This document shows, one piece after another, positions 25,161 through 38,671 of a stretch of 64,000 bases of DNA. The DNA lies in assembly GCF_036321535.1 (NCBI RefSeq), contig NC_087436.1:76882001-76946000 (forward strand), given 5' to 3'. Position 1 is the stretch's first letter; each line of letters starts with the position of its first letter. The DNA comes from Camelus dromedarius (taxonomy: Eukaryota). Made by a program: the position numbers and the translations under genes. Below the pieces are notes generated by a model. The model was not told the origin of the DNA, searched no databases, and was given only the letters and a program-made list of their open reading frames with translations.

Positions 25161-27486
25161 TAGTTGGAGCATTCGGGTCATCACAGTAATAGTTGGAGTC
25201 TTTAAATTATCAGTATTTAGAATTTCTGCCAACACCTGAATATCTACAAATCCAATAATTAGAAAAACTCTTACTAGAGATGCCCAATATATTTGTCAGT
25301 GATATTGAATGTTACTATCTCACTAAGAATGTGCTAATGAAAATTCAGCAAAACAAGTCTTTTCGCAACTTGTACAAATGTGCTGCAAACACCCAGAAAA
25401 AAAAAAAACTAACCACATTTTGTACTGGATTTAGTGTATCTATTTTAGAATATCTAGGCACCATCCCAGAGGCAGGACTGCCATTTAAAAATAGTCGGAG
25501 GAGTGGGAGAAGACTCAAAAACCCATGCGTTAAATATGTTTCCATTAACCTCACAGAGGGCTGACCCCAAATCCCAGCATGTGTGTGTAACTGTCTCAGA
25601 TACCTGAAAGTAAACAAGAAGATAACTAGTCCTGCCTATTGAACCAATATACAAGTTCCCATCAAAAAGATCTCCTCATCAGATGTTCACATATTCAAAA
25701 GTTTACCACATCCCATAAAGTGTTGACATGTTTACCATGATTTGCTAAGAGGCAGGGGAGACTTTTCCCACTTAACAGGAGGCTTCTACAATCAGGTTCC
25801 TGAAGGGCTTTAGCAGTTCAAGCAGGTGAGTGACAAATGGGATTACAACCAACAGGAAATGGGGTTAGATCAGTGTCTTCTCCTACTCACCCCTCCCCTA
25901 TAAAATACCTCACATTAAATTGCCAAAATGATGAACTTCAGAAAATACCCATAGCCCAGTGACACTCACATTTTTAAGCTTTTATTAACAGTAGACAGAC
26001 ATCTAATATTGCCTGGTCTTGTGTGACTTGAAGATTGATGAACCTGAGTGCCTTCCTTCTCACCATCATCTGATACTGTCATCTTATAGTACTTGGGCAG
26101 GAGAGAAGAATTCATGACATGGAAGACAATGTAGATGATAGTATAGAAAAGGAAATAGACCGCAGTTAAAAGACCTTGATTTGGCCACAAATCATGGTTT
26201 TGTCATTTAAAAATTGAAAACAATGGCCTTTCACATGTGAATAGGACTTCCCATCAACTTTTCACAATACTAACTCTTAGAATCTTCTCAATGATCATAA
26301 GGAAGGTTAACCTCTAAGATTAAACTCTAAGAAAATCTCGGTGGCTAACATTCCTGACGATGCTGAGAACAAGGAGTCTGGAATCTTGAGGAACAGATAT
26401 TTATGGCCAAGTAGTCTCCATCAAGCCTGGTCATTCCATCATCCCTGTTACAGTATTTTTATATACTTTCTATCTGTATAAGGAACATGAAGCTCTCAGG
26501 CAACCAAAGTCAGATTTGCTAAAATGTACTTTTGAATTTTTCTATGGGTAATTTTCTTTTAGCTCTCAAGTTTGCTCTAATGTAAAACTTAATCTTCCTA
26601 ATTCAAGGTGGCTCAGTCACTTCCAGATATGTCTTTATCTCTTTTGGTTTAAAAATCTGTAATGTCGTGCTTTTCCCCCTTTCCCTCTCCTCCCAGGTAA
26701 CTTACCTCCCAGGTAAGTTCCACGAGGCTCATAGTGTGTCTCCAGGGTCAGGCCTGGAATGCCTGTGAAGTATGCCATCCTCCATCCTCACTAGCCAGTG
26801 CTGAGTGCTTTCTTCATTCTGCCTTTGAGTCCTGCTTTCTCACTTGATGCCTGACCTAACTTAGAAGCCAAGTCTTTCCTGTCATAGTCTCGAGTCATCA
26901 GTTAATATACCCCTATTCCCCTTTGGGACTACTGGTTTACATTTAGCTCTTGCCTCCCCACTAGGGTGCATGGGGCTCTGAGAGGCTGTCCTTGGACTTA
27001 TCAATCAGACATTTTCATCAGGGTCAATCTATCACTCATGCATGACGTTGGATTGTGAGAGTCTCCGTACTTTGCAGTTTGGAGACTGCACCCTGAGGAG
27101 CAGCCCCATGGTCCCGACTGCTCTGAGATTCCCACACACTTGACCGAACTTTCTTTTACCCTCCCTCTGAGGTTTAGACTCCAAAGGATGGAAGTAAGCT
27201 GGGCCTTTTCTGGTCCCACTAAAGCTCCAACAGGTCCCTCTCAGATGGTCTTCTTCCCAACAGGTGATTAGAATTTCATCTCCTTTAAGTGACAAAGAAA
27301 CATCCTGATCCTACATCATCCTACATTTTTGCCAACTCAGTGCTACCGTATTTGGCAAATGGTACCCACCAATTACTAGTAGTCATTGAGTTTAAGGAAG
27401 GTATGTAAAGAATGTGTGCGTGCACCTTAAAGTTTTGGGTAAATGAGTAAGTTTAGCTGAAATTACTTGATTGGAAGGTTAGAGGG

Positions 27487-27913
27487 TGTTTTTGGCTGAA
27501 TAATGGCCTATCAAGATGTCTAGGTCCTAATTCCCAGAATCTGTGGCTGTTACACATCAAAAGGGACTTTATATAAATGATTAAATTAAGGATCTCGAGA
27601 TGAGAGATCATCATGGATTATCCAGGTAAATCTGGAGCCCTTCATATGAAGGAGGCAGGAGATCAAAGAGACAGTAGAAGAAGTAAAGGCAGAAGCAAGA
27701 CAGTGCTCATGAGCCAGGGCATGTAGGTAACCATCAGAAGCTGGAAAAGGCAAGGAAATGGATTCTCTCCTCAGAGCTTCCACAGGGAATCAGCCCTACC
27801 AACACCTTGACTTTACTCGGAAGACCCAAAGACTGTAAGATAATAAATATGTGTTGTTTTAAATCATTAAATTTATGGTAATTTGTTACAGCAGCAACAA
27901 GAAAATTAATACA
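27487..27913 (+). mobile_element. MLT1C/D-like MaLR solo LTR
   Basis: TG...CA ends; GCTGGAAAAGGCAAGGAAATGGATTCTC; GGTAATTTGTTACAGCAGCAA. Confidence 0.88.
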
Positions 27914-27929
27914 AAGGCTATGAAACAAA

Positions 27930-28460
27930 AAAATCAAAGTATTACCACTTTGAAAAACAATTTGACAGTTAATATAAAGCTAAACATATATTTACTATAT
28001 GATCCAGCAATTCTATTCCTAGGTACTGGCCCAAGAGTAATGAAAACATAGAGTCTTATACACCAGTATGCATCTTTATTCATAACACCCAAAAACTGAT
28101 GGCAGCCCATATATCCCTCAACAGGTGAATGGATAGACAAAATCATGATGTATTCATACAATGGAGCACAACATGGCAATAAATAGAAATAAACTGCCAA
28201 TACAACAACATGCATGAATCTTTAAACATTATATTCTGGCTGAAGCCGGGAGCAAAATGTACAGACTATATAATTCTATTTTTATAAGTTCTATAAAAGG
28301 AAAATTAATCTATAGTGATAGAAATCATATCAGTGGCTGCTTAGCAGGGCAGGTGCATTGCCTGTACAGGAGAATAAGGTGGGGTGAAGAAAATGTTTTA
28401 CATTTTGACGGTTGTGGTAGATACACAGGTATGAAAATGTAACAAAATTTATCAAACTGT
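27930..28460 (+). mobile_element. Old L1M 3' fragment
   Basis: ATATGATCCAGCAATTCTATTCCTAGGTA; AACAGGTGAATGGATAGACAAA. Confidence 0.8.
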
Positions 28461-28729
28461 CCTGACAAACCAATGGCTCTTATTCAAGACTTTAAAAATG
28501 TGAGGGACATTAGTTTACAATAAAGCCTTAAATTCATGTGAACTCTGTTTCCATCCAATTTCCAGAAAATAGCACTAGGAAATTGTATGAACAAATATTT
28601 ACCTGATAAATTACAAGTAGTATAAAATTTAACTTAGTTATTCAAAATATAACAAACACGAAAGAGCTGCTGTTTTAAAAAGTATCCCTTTTTTGGAGAG
28701 AGATTTTTCCTTTGAGGAAGCCCTATATT

Positions 28730-28808
28730 TTAGGTTGAACTATGTAAAATTACCCTGTGTAGGTTAAAAATCTTTTGAATATCAGGATTTTTGTATGATT
28801 CAACCTAA
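28730..28808. mobile_element. MADE2-like mariner MITE
   Basis: About 80 bp with terminal inverted repeats TTAGGTTGAA...TTCAACCTAA and internal TGTAGGTTAAAAAT..GAATATC. Confidence 0.8.
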
Positions 28809-31507
28809 CAAAAAGCTAATTTTTCAACCTGCTCCACTTCATAGCCAAGTACTAAAAAATAACTGAGTAAGATATTTACTCTTTTCTTACAAAGTAAAAA
28901 ATGACATCCTTGAGTGAATACCTCTTCCAATACACACTTTAAAAATTAGGATATAATGATTGTCCTTGTTTTATTCTCTGTCAATTGCATTTAAAATATA
29001 GTATATATATTTGAAGTATTTTTACATACAAAACGCTGTCACTTTAAAACACCCTGCATATATTTACATTCCAAATCAGTGTCACGTTCATCGTATGTTA
29101 CCACAGTGGAGTGTTTCTTCTGTAATGCATTAAAAAAAGAGCAAAAACAGGGTATTCTTGAGCAAGCAGACTCTGACAAGCTGCTCTGCAAAGCTTACTT
29201 AAGTGCATTTTTTTTATTACTTCAGGTATCTATAATTACCTACAAAGCAATCTAGAGATAAGAAATTTCAACCCAATTCAGATCCTCCCTTCATGTCTTC
29301 ACACTTTCAGTTACTGACTGAAATAATGGTCTTGTTATGGTTGTAAACCTGATACTGCCCCAGGAGTGATTTGGGGTGATAGAGATGATAAGAAGTTTGT
29401 AAAAATATTGAATAAATTTTATTTTATTTACTATAAAAATAAAATTTAAAACTCAGAGCATATACATGTACTATCTAATTCTATTTGGTGGTAGCAGCCA
29501 TAACTGACCCGGTGTGAGGAGAGTACTGGGTGAAACCCGCAACCCTTATGCCTCCTTGCTTTCTCTATTAAATGGATTAAAAACAAAAGAGTTTAGATGG
29601 ACTCTTTCAATCCTTTTGGGAGAACATATACTGAAAGCATAGTCCTAGGAATCCTTTTCCTTTTACTGAAAGGGGCTTAAGTAAGTTTGCAATCAGGAAA
29701 ATGAAGTTCTGTAAAAGAAGAATACAAAATGATCTTATTAAAATGGCAGATTTGGGGCCTGAAGGAAAGCCCTATCAAATTTGGCTTTTCATTTCAGAAT
29801 AATACCGAAATTGCTGAAAATGAAGCAAAGAGAGATGGTATTACCACCAGAACGTGTATCCTTCCCCCTAGATATTTAGGAAGTATCTGAAATACATTCT
29901 CCATTCTTAAACTCAGGAAAAAATGTGAAAATGTTATTAATACTTTGACCTTATTTTTTTTTTCCCTGAGAGGATTTTCATCTTTGGGAACCCTAGATAG
30001 TGTTTCATGGAATTTTCAAAGTACTTCTCCTTGAAGCAACGAATTCCTTTCTCTCACACATCAAATCACTCCCATTTTTCTTGTTCCCAGTATCTAATTG
30101 TTCTTTCTTTCCCATTAAGCCCAAACTTCCAAATCCACTACAACTCCATGTTAACAAAGGATACAATTCTTCAGTGTGTTTTCATATTTTTGCTAGTATG
30201 GCCAAGACCACATATAATCCAATGACTGAAACATGAGGAGATGTTTTTCAAATACTTCTTTTTTGAGATGAAAAGAAAACCCTCTTGAATTGTTTGTTTC
30301 TCCTTAAACAGTCTTACTTTTAACCTTCTGTTTGCCAGATGGCAGAACTGAATATCCACTTAATATAAACGTGGTACCTAGATAGGTTAGTTTGAGCCAT
30401 ACCAAGAGGAAAAATAGGAATGTCATTTCTCTATGCTTTCAAAAAAAAAAAAAAAAAAGAATGTGTTTTATTTTTTCCTCATTTGTCTGACTCTGAGACA
30501 GTGAATACTGATTATAAAAGACACATTGGTGCACCCAACTTCAGTCCATTTCATCCATCTGGGTAGACAAAGTATGACAGGCGTGCGTGGGTGTGGATGT
30601 GTGTTGTGAGAATGTGTAAGCAGGAATACAGGCTCGAGAGTGCGAGAAAGTGAGAGCGAGAAAATGGACTGTGAAAATTTAAGTCTACCCCAAATCCTGA
30701 TTAACAAGTCTGTTATTTAATCTTCATTTATCTTAACTCATTTTGTAGTCAGGGCACATGGGCGTCATTTTTCTTAAGGAAGCTTTCTCTGATTAGAAAT
30801 GCAGAACCAATAGAACTATGGGCTATTACTTGAAATGCTTCCCTGGCCTTTATTTTCGGATGCCTGTCAGTAAATACAGATAGAAATAGGAAGGTCTCAA
30901 GTGTAATAACTAAAACAAAGTATAGAAGGCAAAGTGGTCACACTGGTAACGAAGACAGATAAACCCAGAGCTGCAAACTCCCTATTCAGTGCTTTGCCTG
31001 CAGACTCTGATCTTCACCTTAAACTAGACCTACTTTTATTAATTTTGCCTTTTTAATACTTCCCCCCTAAACTACCATTATTGGCCCTATCTTGATTTTT
31101 CCCCTCGAGTTATCTTTCACCTTCTACTTATTTTATTTTCTCTAATTTCTTGCCTTCTAGTATCTTTTCTTCCTAAGTTTGAATAATTATTTGTATCACC
31201 TACTGCAACTTTTCTTATTTTTTTTTTACAAATTCTAGGGTTTCTTTTTCTCTGTAAATGCACATTTCTTAAAATCTTATGATGAATGCATAACTGAACC
31301 CTAATACTGAGGTAAATTATATTGCCACATTCTCCTTGGATGAACGTCCTTCTCATTTAGGGGAAGTACATGAAGCTAATCAGCCTGTGAAAATATTCAC
31401 AGGGAGGAAAATGGCACTTGTTAACTAACAACCCAGGATAAGCAGTACTTCTCAATTTAAGTATTTATAGGTGATTTTTTTTTTTTTTGCAAAATTCTTC
31501 TCAGTAA

Positions 31508-31680
31508 TATTATCTCATTTAGTTCTCACAGCAAAACATGATTTCAGTCTCATTTTATAAGCAAAGAACCAAGACTTAGGAAGGTTAAGCTTCTTGCTCA
31601 AGGTCACACAAGTAGCAGGTGAAACAGCAGGACCTGAGCCCAGGCCCTCTGACTGCAGATCCCAAACCCTTTCCAATACA
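31508..31680 (-). mobile_element. MIR
   Basis: TCTCATTTTATAAG...GGTTAAG..CTTGCTCAAGGTCACACA. Confidence 0.75.
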
Positions 31681-31847
31681 AAACCTTGGAAAGAGCAGCA
31701 CAGGTCTTGAAAGTAAAGGCCTGCTGGATACACAAGCCCAGCTAAAGAGGATTCCTGTAAAGTATATGCTTTCATGTGATGACTTTACTTGCATAGACTA
31801 TGTTTCATTAATATCACCTCCCCCTTACTTTAGATGTCAGCTGATCA

Positions 31848-32032
31848 CCAAGTCAAATCAGGCCTGGTTTCTGTTTTTATTGGAAGAAACAGTTTCACCT
31901 ATTTGTGTATTGTCTAGCGCTGTCTTTGAGCTACACTGGCAGAGTTGAATAACTGCAACAGGGACCATGTGGTCCGGACAGCCTAAAATGTTTATTATCT
32001 GGACCTTTTCAAAAAATGTTTACTGACCCCTG
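31848..32032 (+). mobile_element. MER58A-like DNA element
   Basis: GGCAGAGTTGAATAACTGCAACAG...GCCTAAAATGTTTATTATCTGG...CTGACCCCTG. Confidence 0.8.
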
Positions 32033-33439
32033 GCTCAGATTTTTTTTTTTTTTACTATTGTTTATCCTTAAAAATATTTAGACAGAAGAGAATAGATTGT
32101 AGCCAGCAAAATATAATTTCCTTAGAAGTAGACTATGTACAGCTGTCAGAAGAACCATTCTAAAGTTGTTTTTTAATAACTCCAAGGGCCAGCCACATTA
32201 TAGTTGACTGATTCTACCCCAGGCTACTCTTAACTAGTTATTGAAAAGTAACTGTACCAAAGCAATTGAGGTTGCGGTCCAGTTATTTTAGACACATAAA
32301 CGTGAATCATAAAAACAATTCTTGGGTTTCCAGGTTGTTTCAGCAGGAATTTTTCTAATATTGGCTTATTTTCCCCAGTTGAGAATTCATTGATTTGCTT
32401 AAGAAAGAAAAACATTGAGAAATGTTTGTTTTACAAAGATGAAATCTGTCAGAGATGCTCACTGCCTTCTCAATAGTAACTAAACAATACGTTGTGACAG
32501 ATGTTTGAGAAACTCATGTACTAATTATACATCTCCATTTTTAACTTCTCAACTCATGAAACTATTGGTCCTGAATTAGAAATCCCTCCTGGAGATTCCC
32601 TTACTCATAAACTAGCACCAGGTCATAAGATATGGATGCTCCCAGCCCTTAACATTAAGGGCCAATTGTGAACACTAAACCTTCTACTTGATGAGCATGA
32701 TGGACATGAACTACAACATCTTAACAAGATTTTATTTAATGTAGGAGGGCAGCAACAAAATACACAGAAAGAATTTGAATCCAGAGAATCTGGACTATAC
32801 ATGATGAATTTTTTTCTGGAGCTTAAATTGCTCATCCTATCCAGATTCTGGCTGGCTTCCTAGAGAGAAGTTCTCTTCATCACCCACCACTCAATAACCT
32901 AAGCTTTCAAATTTAGTTCTCTCCCTGACTGTCCTCTTTCCCTGTCAATAGCACTGTTCAAAAGAGAATGCACTTTGTGACCTATGAGGACCCAATGTCA
33001 CTCTTGTAAAGTAAACCACAACAGGATAATCACTACTTGAAATCACAAGACAATCCCAGCTTTTGTACCAGAGATACACATACAGGCATAAAGAGGAGTA
33101 ATTTCCTTACAAGGACCAATTTAATTAACTGTCAGTTACATTATTTAAGAACTAATATATAATTATTACTTCAGTAATACATGTCATTAACTCAAAATCA
33201 GTGCAACATAAAGGAAAACTTGACTGGATCAACAGAAACACAGATGCATAGACAGACATAAAGATATAGATATATCTGACTGCTCTAGAATTTGGAAGAA
33301 CTCAGAGCAACTTAACTTGAATTTGTGAAAAAGCAAACACTTGCTTAGCCATGTCAGGTCAACAGTTAAGGTACTTATTGATGGGATGAATTTGGCAAAT
33401 GGTTTCTCTCTTTTGAATATTTTCTGGGTAATATTTGAA

Positions 33440-33926
33440 CAAGTGCCCTGGGCACATCTCTTCAGTTCCTCCTGGATGTCAGCTGAAGCTGCGGTGAACA
33501 GATCCTATGTCAGATGCAAGTACCCCCAGTCCTTTCAAGTCCCTGCTGTATCACATCACCTTTCTTCACTCTGTTCACACAAGGGGCAGCCCAGAAGCTG
33601 CGTGGAGTTAATTCTCCCAAGGACAACCCTCAGTCAATTGAGGAGGAGAGTCACTAGACAGATGACCTGGCCTCTTGGTCTCCCATCCCCTGGAAGAACA
33701 ATTCTCAGTGCTTTCTACATGGTTCCTCAGAGGATCGCCAGTAGAACCGGGCTCCAGGTGCACAAGCAGAAACCAACTCAGTAATACCGACGCCCTCTGA
33801 AAACCTTCCCTTCATCCCTGCCTCATTTTTCTAACTTCTAACCAGAACCCCTCCCCACTCCCAGTCAGATAAACTAGTGGCACCCTTGTCTCTGTCTCTG
33901 CTTTATGGGAACCCAAATTAGCCCAG
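33440..33926 (+). mobile_element. LTR16-family ERVL LTR
   Basis: GGACAACCCTCAGTCAAT; ACAATTCT; terminus ATAAACTA..CCTTGTCTC..TCTGCTTTATGGGAACCCAAA. Confidence 0.75.
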
Positions 33927-34573
33927 TATCTGTCTATCAGATTTATCAACACATTTGTTCTTGAACAGTCCCTTTTAATACCCGAAAAAAGGCAATTTCT
34001 TACAGTATCAATTAGCAATGTTAACCATGGGCAGCATGAATATTATTAACAAATAAAAGAAAAATAACTTTTGTCCATTAAGAATATCCAAGAGAATGGA
34101 TTTTCTGAGGAAGTAAAATCATAGAAGGATGACGAAAAGCATACCACAGTTCTAACAGAGATGTGGAAATAGATGCCTGACTTCACAGAAAAATGCAAAT
34201 CTAACTGTAGATGTAAGATTTGTGGAAGAGGAACTATATTCATGACATGAAGTCATTACATTTGTCGTCATTTGTAAGTAACTGTATACAAATTAAAAAT
34301 TCTATCAGGAAACTTCAAACTATTTCCATGATTTGAAGGTAGGACAATGCTGGGGTGGGGATAATAGATAATATCCTTCTTCTCATAACCACATTTTGGA
34401 CTAATTAAGAGAAAACAGATAGAAGTCAAGCAGTCAGAAATCAAAATATCACTTTTATTACTTAGCCTGGGTTACAGGCCAGGGGCTTTCCTCGATCACA
34501 GGGAACAAATTACCATCACAGGCATCCCTGAGAGGAGAGAGGCCTGTCCCTGTAAAACTTATTGCAGGAGCAA

Positions 34574-34575
<2 letters not shown>

Positions 34576-34628
<53 letters not shown>

Positions 34629-34660
34629 TCATGTGTGTGTGCGTGTTTGTGTGTGTGTGT
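34576..34660. repeat. Compound (TG)n microsatellite
   Basis: Read directly. Confidence 0.95.
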
Positions 34661-36495
34661 TCTGTAAGCTAGATCCCAAAAGAAATGGGAGTTGAGAGGA
34701 ATAAACTATTCTTGCCTAGTTTGTCCTCCCAAACTCAACTATCAGCTAAGTCACTCTTCCCTCTCGAAAGAGTGAGGGCATGGGCAGAGGGCATGAGTGT
34801 CATGCTAATTACATGCCTTCTACATGGAATGAGGCTTCAGGAATGGGGACAAAGCAAAATATCGCCCTCCAACAGATTGGGAAAAGCTTCCTGGATCTAT
34901 CGTTACCTGAAATCTCACACAATCTCCTACAACCCTTGCCACTGTCTACTTCTAGTTTCTGTGAGAAAAAGAGAGTATTTATTTGGCAAAGCATATTTAA
35001 GTATAACATGGGAGACTACAAAGTAATTACAGGCCACTATTAGCTCAAGAATGAGTTATTCAGAATTCTTTCATTTGAACCGGAGTTCCTGGGCAGCCAG
35101 AAATGTAAGGATTCCCAGGGAAAACCCTCAACCAAACAGCCATTGGATATAAGTCTTGGCTTCCTGTATTTCAGAGAGAAAAGTTTATGGTATTTTACAT
35201 GATGCTGCAGAGGATCCCCAGTAGGATTGGGCTTTAGTCACCGAACAATAACCAGCTCAATAATACACCCAATATCCAAGAAACTCAACTTTGACTTTTG
35301 ACCAATAGTTACTATTATCTAATTCCAATAATGACTATTAAACATAATTTAGAAATTATCTTAGATATGAATCTGGGTTACTAAGAAATCAAAGTGCAAC
35401 TTTAAAAGATATTAGAGGTCACTCTCATATATAATGAAGGAAGAAAGCTAAAGGAGTCATTAATGGTCCATAGGCATTTAAAAATTTAGAAGTCCCTCAA
35501 AATTAATAGCCAATAGTGATAGATTCTTTAATTTCCAAGGAGCTTTATTGTATCAAAAAGAATACTTCTAATGTTCAATTTATTTATCCAGTAAAAATAT
35601 TCAGGGTGTAATAGTCCTTCAGAAATAAAAATTAACATTCTTGTAAATATCTATACTATTTACAAACTAATAAATCAACATTTTTCCAAACATTGAACAT
35701 TGACTGTAAACTTATTTATTCAAACTATTCTAAAACTTGACTTAAATCTACTATTATTAGAATTTCTTAATACTACTATGTTAGAATCTACTATATTAGA
35801 ATCTCTTAATGCCTTCTTAAAAAATAGACTAAACACATGCATAAAATAACAGTGTTTGAATTTATTACACTTACACGAAAAAACTAGCTATATTTTTTCT
35901 GGTATTTAAAATTCTTACATTTTTTCTTTATTAGCTCTATTCTTATCCTAATGCATATTCTTCTTCTTCTTGTATATGGTTTACAGTGAATTTGGCAAAC
36001 ATATCTTCCAAGTAGTACTGCAGAAGCACATCCACCTGCTCCAGCCCTTCTCCTAAATATAAATGGATATACCACTTTCCGTAATTTCTGTCTCCTTTAC
36101 CATCACCCCACTCCTCATTCTACACTTTAAAAGATGTACATTGTTATATGAACAGAAGCTAGAACAAAATATATATATTCATTTACAGACATGTACGAGT
36201 GTGCATGTTTGTAATGTTTTTTACATGCTTTCTGGGGCAAACTTTGCTGTTTGAGTGAGTCAATATCCACTTTTATTCCCCTCCTCTCTTGCTGCTTCCC
36301 ATTATAGTGGGTAGGGAAACTCTTAAACCACTAAATCCTCTAAAATTCTGTAGCAAAAGCAACTCCTCCTTGGTAGAGGATGATAGCTTCTCCTTGCCTG
36401 GAGACTATGGGAAGTCTTCACCTAAGGCACATGACCCATAAGATGATGTCTGCATTCCTCAAGATCTGCCCCACTTCTGCTCATGGCTTTTAGAT

Positions 36496-36688
36496 GAGTG
36501 GTTCTCAGACTTTCACATGGAGTTCTCAGCGTCACCTGGAGGACTTGTTAAATCACAGATCACTGAGCTAGGGCCCCCAGAGTTTCTGGTTCAGCAGGCC
36601 TAGGATGGGACTTGGGAGTCTGTATTTCTAAAAAATTCCCAGGTGATGCTAATGCTTCTGGTCCGGAGACCACACTTTCAGAACCACT
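36496..36688. mobile_element. MER5A hAT-Charlie element
   Basis: Terminal inverted repeats AGTGGTTCT / AGAACCACT; TTCCCAGGTGATGCTAATGC. Confidence 0.88.
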
Positions 36689-36769
36689 ATTTTGGAACAA
36701 TAATCAGGAACAACTCTCAGTCTAGCCTAAATTAGGGAAGTACTGTCTCTGCTGGAAAGAAAGAGGTTA

Positions 36770-38671
36770 TTTACAAAAAAAATTCCCAGAACCTGAAACA
36801 TTTGTTACCATGGGAACCAAGAAAAAAAATATGCCCCAAAATGGATCTGAGAGTATAGGATATAAAGCAGATATAAAGCATTTTAGATCTACACACACTC
36901 TTTCATGACTCAGGACACTGGGAACAAAGGTGCTTTGAGCCGATCCTAACATGCTGCTGGGGTAGCTCTTTGAAATGTGGAGATGATAGTAGCCTAGATT
37001 AAACGGAATAAAATTGCCTTGACAAAGTATTTATGATGGAGTCAAAAGGCTTGGAGAATTGGACACATTACAATAGATTTGTTATGTATGACCAGAGACC
37101 ACCAGCTATGTTCCTCAGGAGGGCCCAAAGGATACTCCTTTTGTTAATGCAGTAAGGGAGGCAATAGCATCACTGAGTAGAGGTGGATATCCTCTTTAAG
37201 TCACTGGGTCCCCTACTTTAAATAGGAGAGACAAATTCTAAAATAGGAGAGACCAGGTGGTAGCACTCAGCTGCCTGAAGCAAGAAGGACATAGGCAGCA
37301 AAGCAGTATGACAAGGAAGGGGCCTCGCCCACAGGGACCATACGGCAATAGCTAACAGACTCTGGAGTCCCAAGAGGCAAACCTGACAGACAACACAGGT
37401 ACTGCTTCACCTGTATAACCAGAAAAGAGCAAGAGCAAGTGAGCAGGTTGGTGTCAGCCACCACAAGTCAATGTCAGGATTCTTCACCCAGTTCCAAGAT
37501 CTCAGCCAGTTCTCAGACCCAGAGGCCACTGATCAAAGGGGAATGTAATCTCCTTGAGGAAGGAGCCTGCACACTGTACGTATCCACAGTAGTAATTCCC
37601 CTTACAGTTCCCCAGAGTGACCTATAACCACTTAACGAGAAATTTTACACTGATAAAAGTGGAATACCCAAATATTTACAGGGCTTGTTGGAGACAAACA
37701 CTGAGGTAATACTAATACAATGCAAACGTTTTATAATGGAAGAGGTAAACACATGAACCACTGGATCGCCTATCCCACCGTATACAGCATCCCCCAGAAG
37801 CTGCAAGCCTGAGAGTACACTGGTATGACCTCTTAAAGGTGAAGCCAACTGCCAGCTAGGGACAACACCCTGCAATACTAGGTGCTGTCCTTCAGGATGG
37901 GCTGCATACCTCAAGACAAGGGCCATTACCTGGTGCTGCACCCACCACTAAGAGGTGGAAGTAACGGTGTGTGAGGACTGGCCTCTCACGCCATTATTCC
38001 TAGTAACTCAGGTGAGGGAACTTGTGTTTCCCATGCCACAACTTAAAACTCAGCAGAACTGGAGTCCATGATTCCCTGGAGGTGAATCCTTCTGTGGGGA
38101 GACACAGTAAGTTTCCCAATAAACCTAAAGCTGTAGCTGCCACCTGGCTGTTTCGGGCAGAGGAAAGTTACTATATTACCTGATCACCATTATCAATCAC
38201 TACACTGGCTGATGTCAAATAGGGAGGATAATGTCTGGAATTCAGGAAATTCTCTGAAGCACTTCTTAGTACCTGTACGCCTAATGGTGACCACAAATGG
38301 GAAAAGTGGAAAATTTCAGCAAAGACAGCAGGACAATGGTATAGTAACTAGGGGCCCAGATCCCTCCAGGTTGAAGGTTTGGGATACTTGAGTGGGCAAC
38401 CTAGGTGGACAGAAGTGCTGTCCATGGCTGAGGAGAATCCACAGTGTGTAATAGAGGAGGAAAACAAATGAAGTTCAGTTACAACCACAGTGTGAACTAG
38501 AGAAGTGGGGTCTGTAATTTGTCCTATTAACCCTCTTGTGTTAGTCTATTGGGGGTTTTAGTATTGTTTCATTATTTTTTTAAGCTGTGACCGGCCATAA
38601 ATCTGAAGAATCAGTGACAGAACAGAGTAAACTTATCATGGGTCACAAGTGTATCTATGTGGTATCAGGAC
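36770..38671 (+). mobile_element. Decayed ERVL internal region (HERV16/ERV3-16A3-like): gag, protease, integrase and dUTPase-region remnants
   Basis: gag-like GGAGGGCCCAAAGGATACTCC; about 37676-37717 translates LQGLLETNTEVILI, resembling the ERVL protease LLDTG motif; abuts an LTR16. Confidence 0.7.

Noticed and set aside
33341..33784. Longest ORF (147 aa)
   Set aside because: TTG start, lies mostly over an LTR16-type LTR, no recognisable domain
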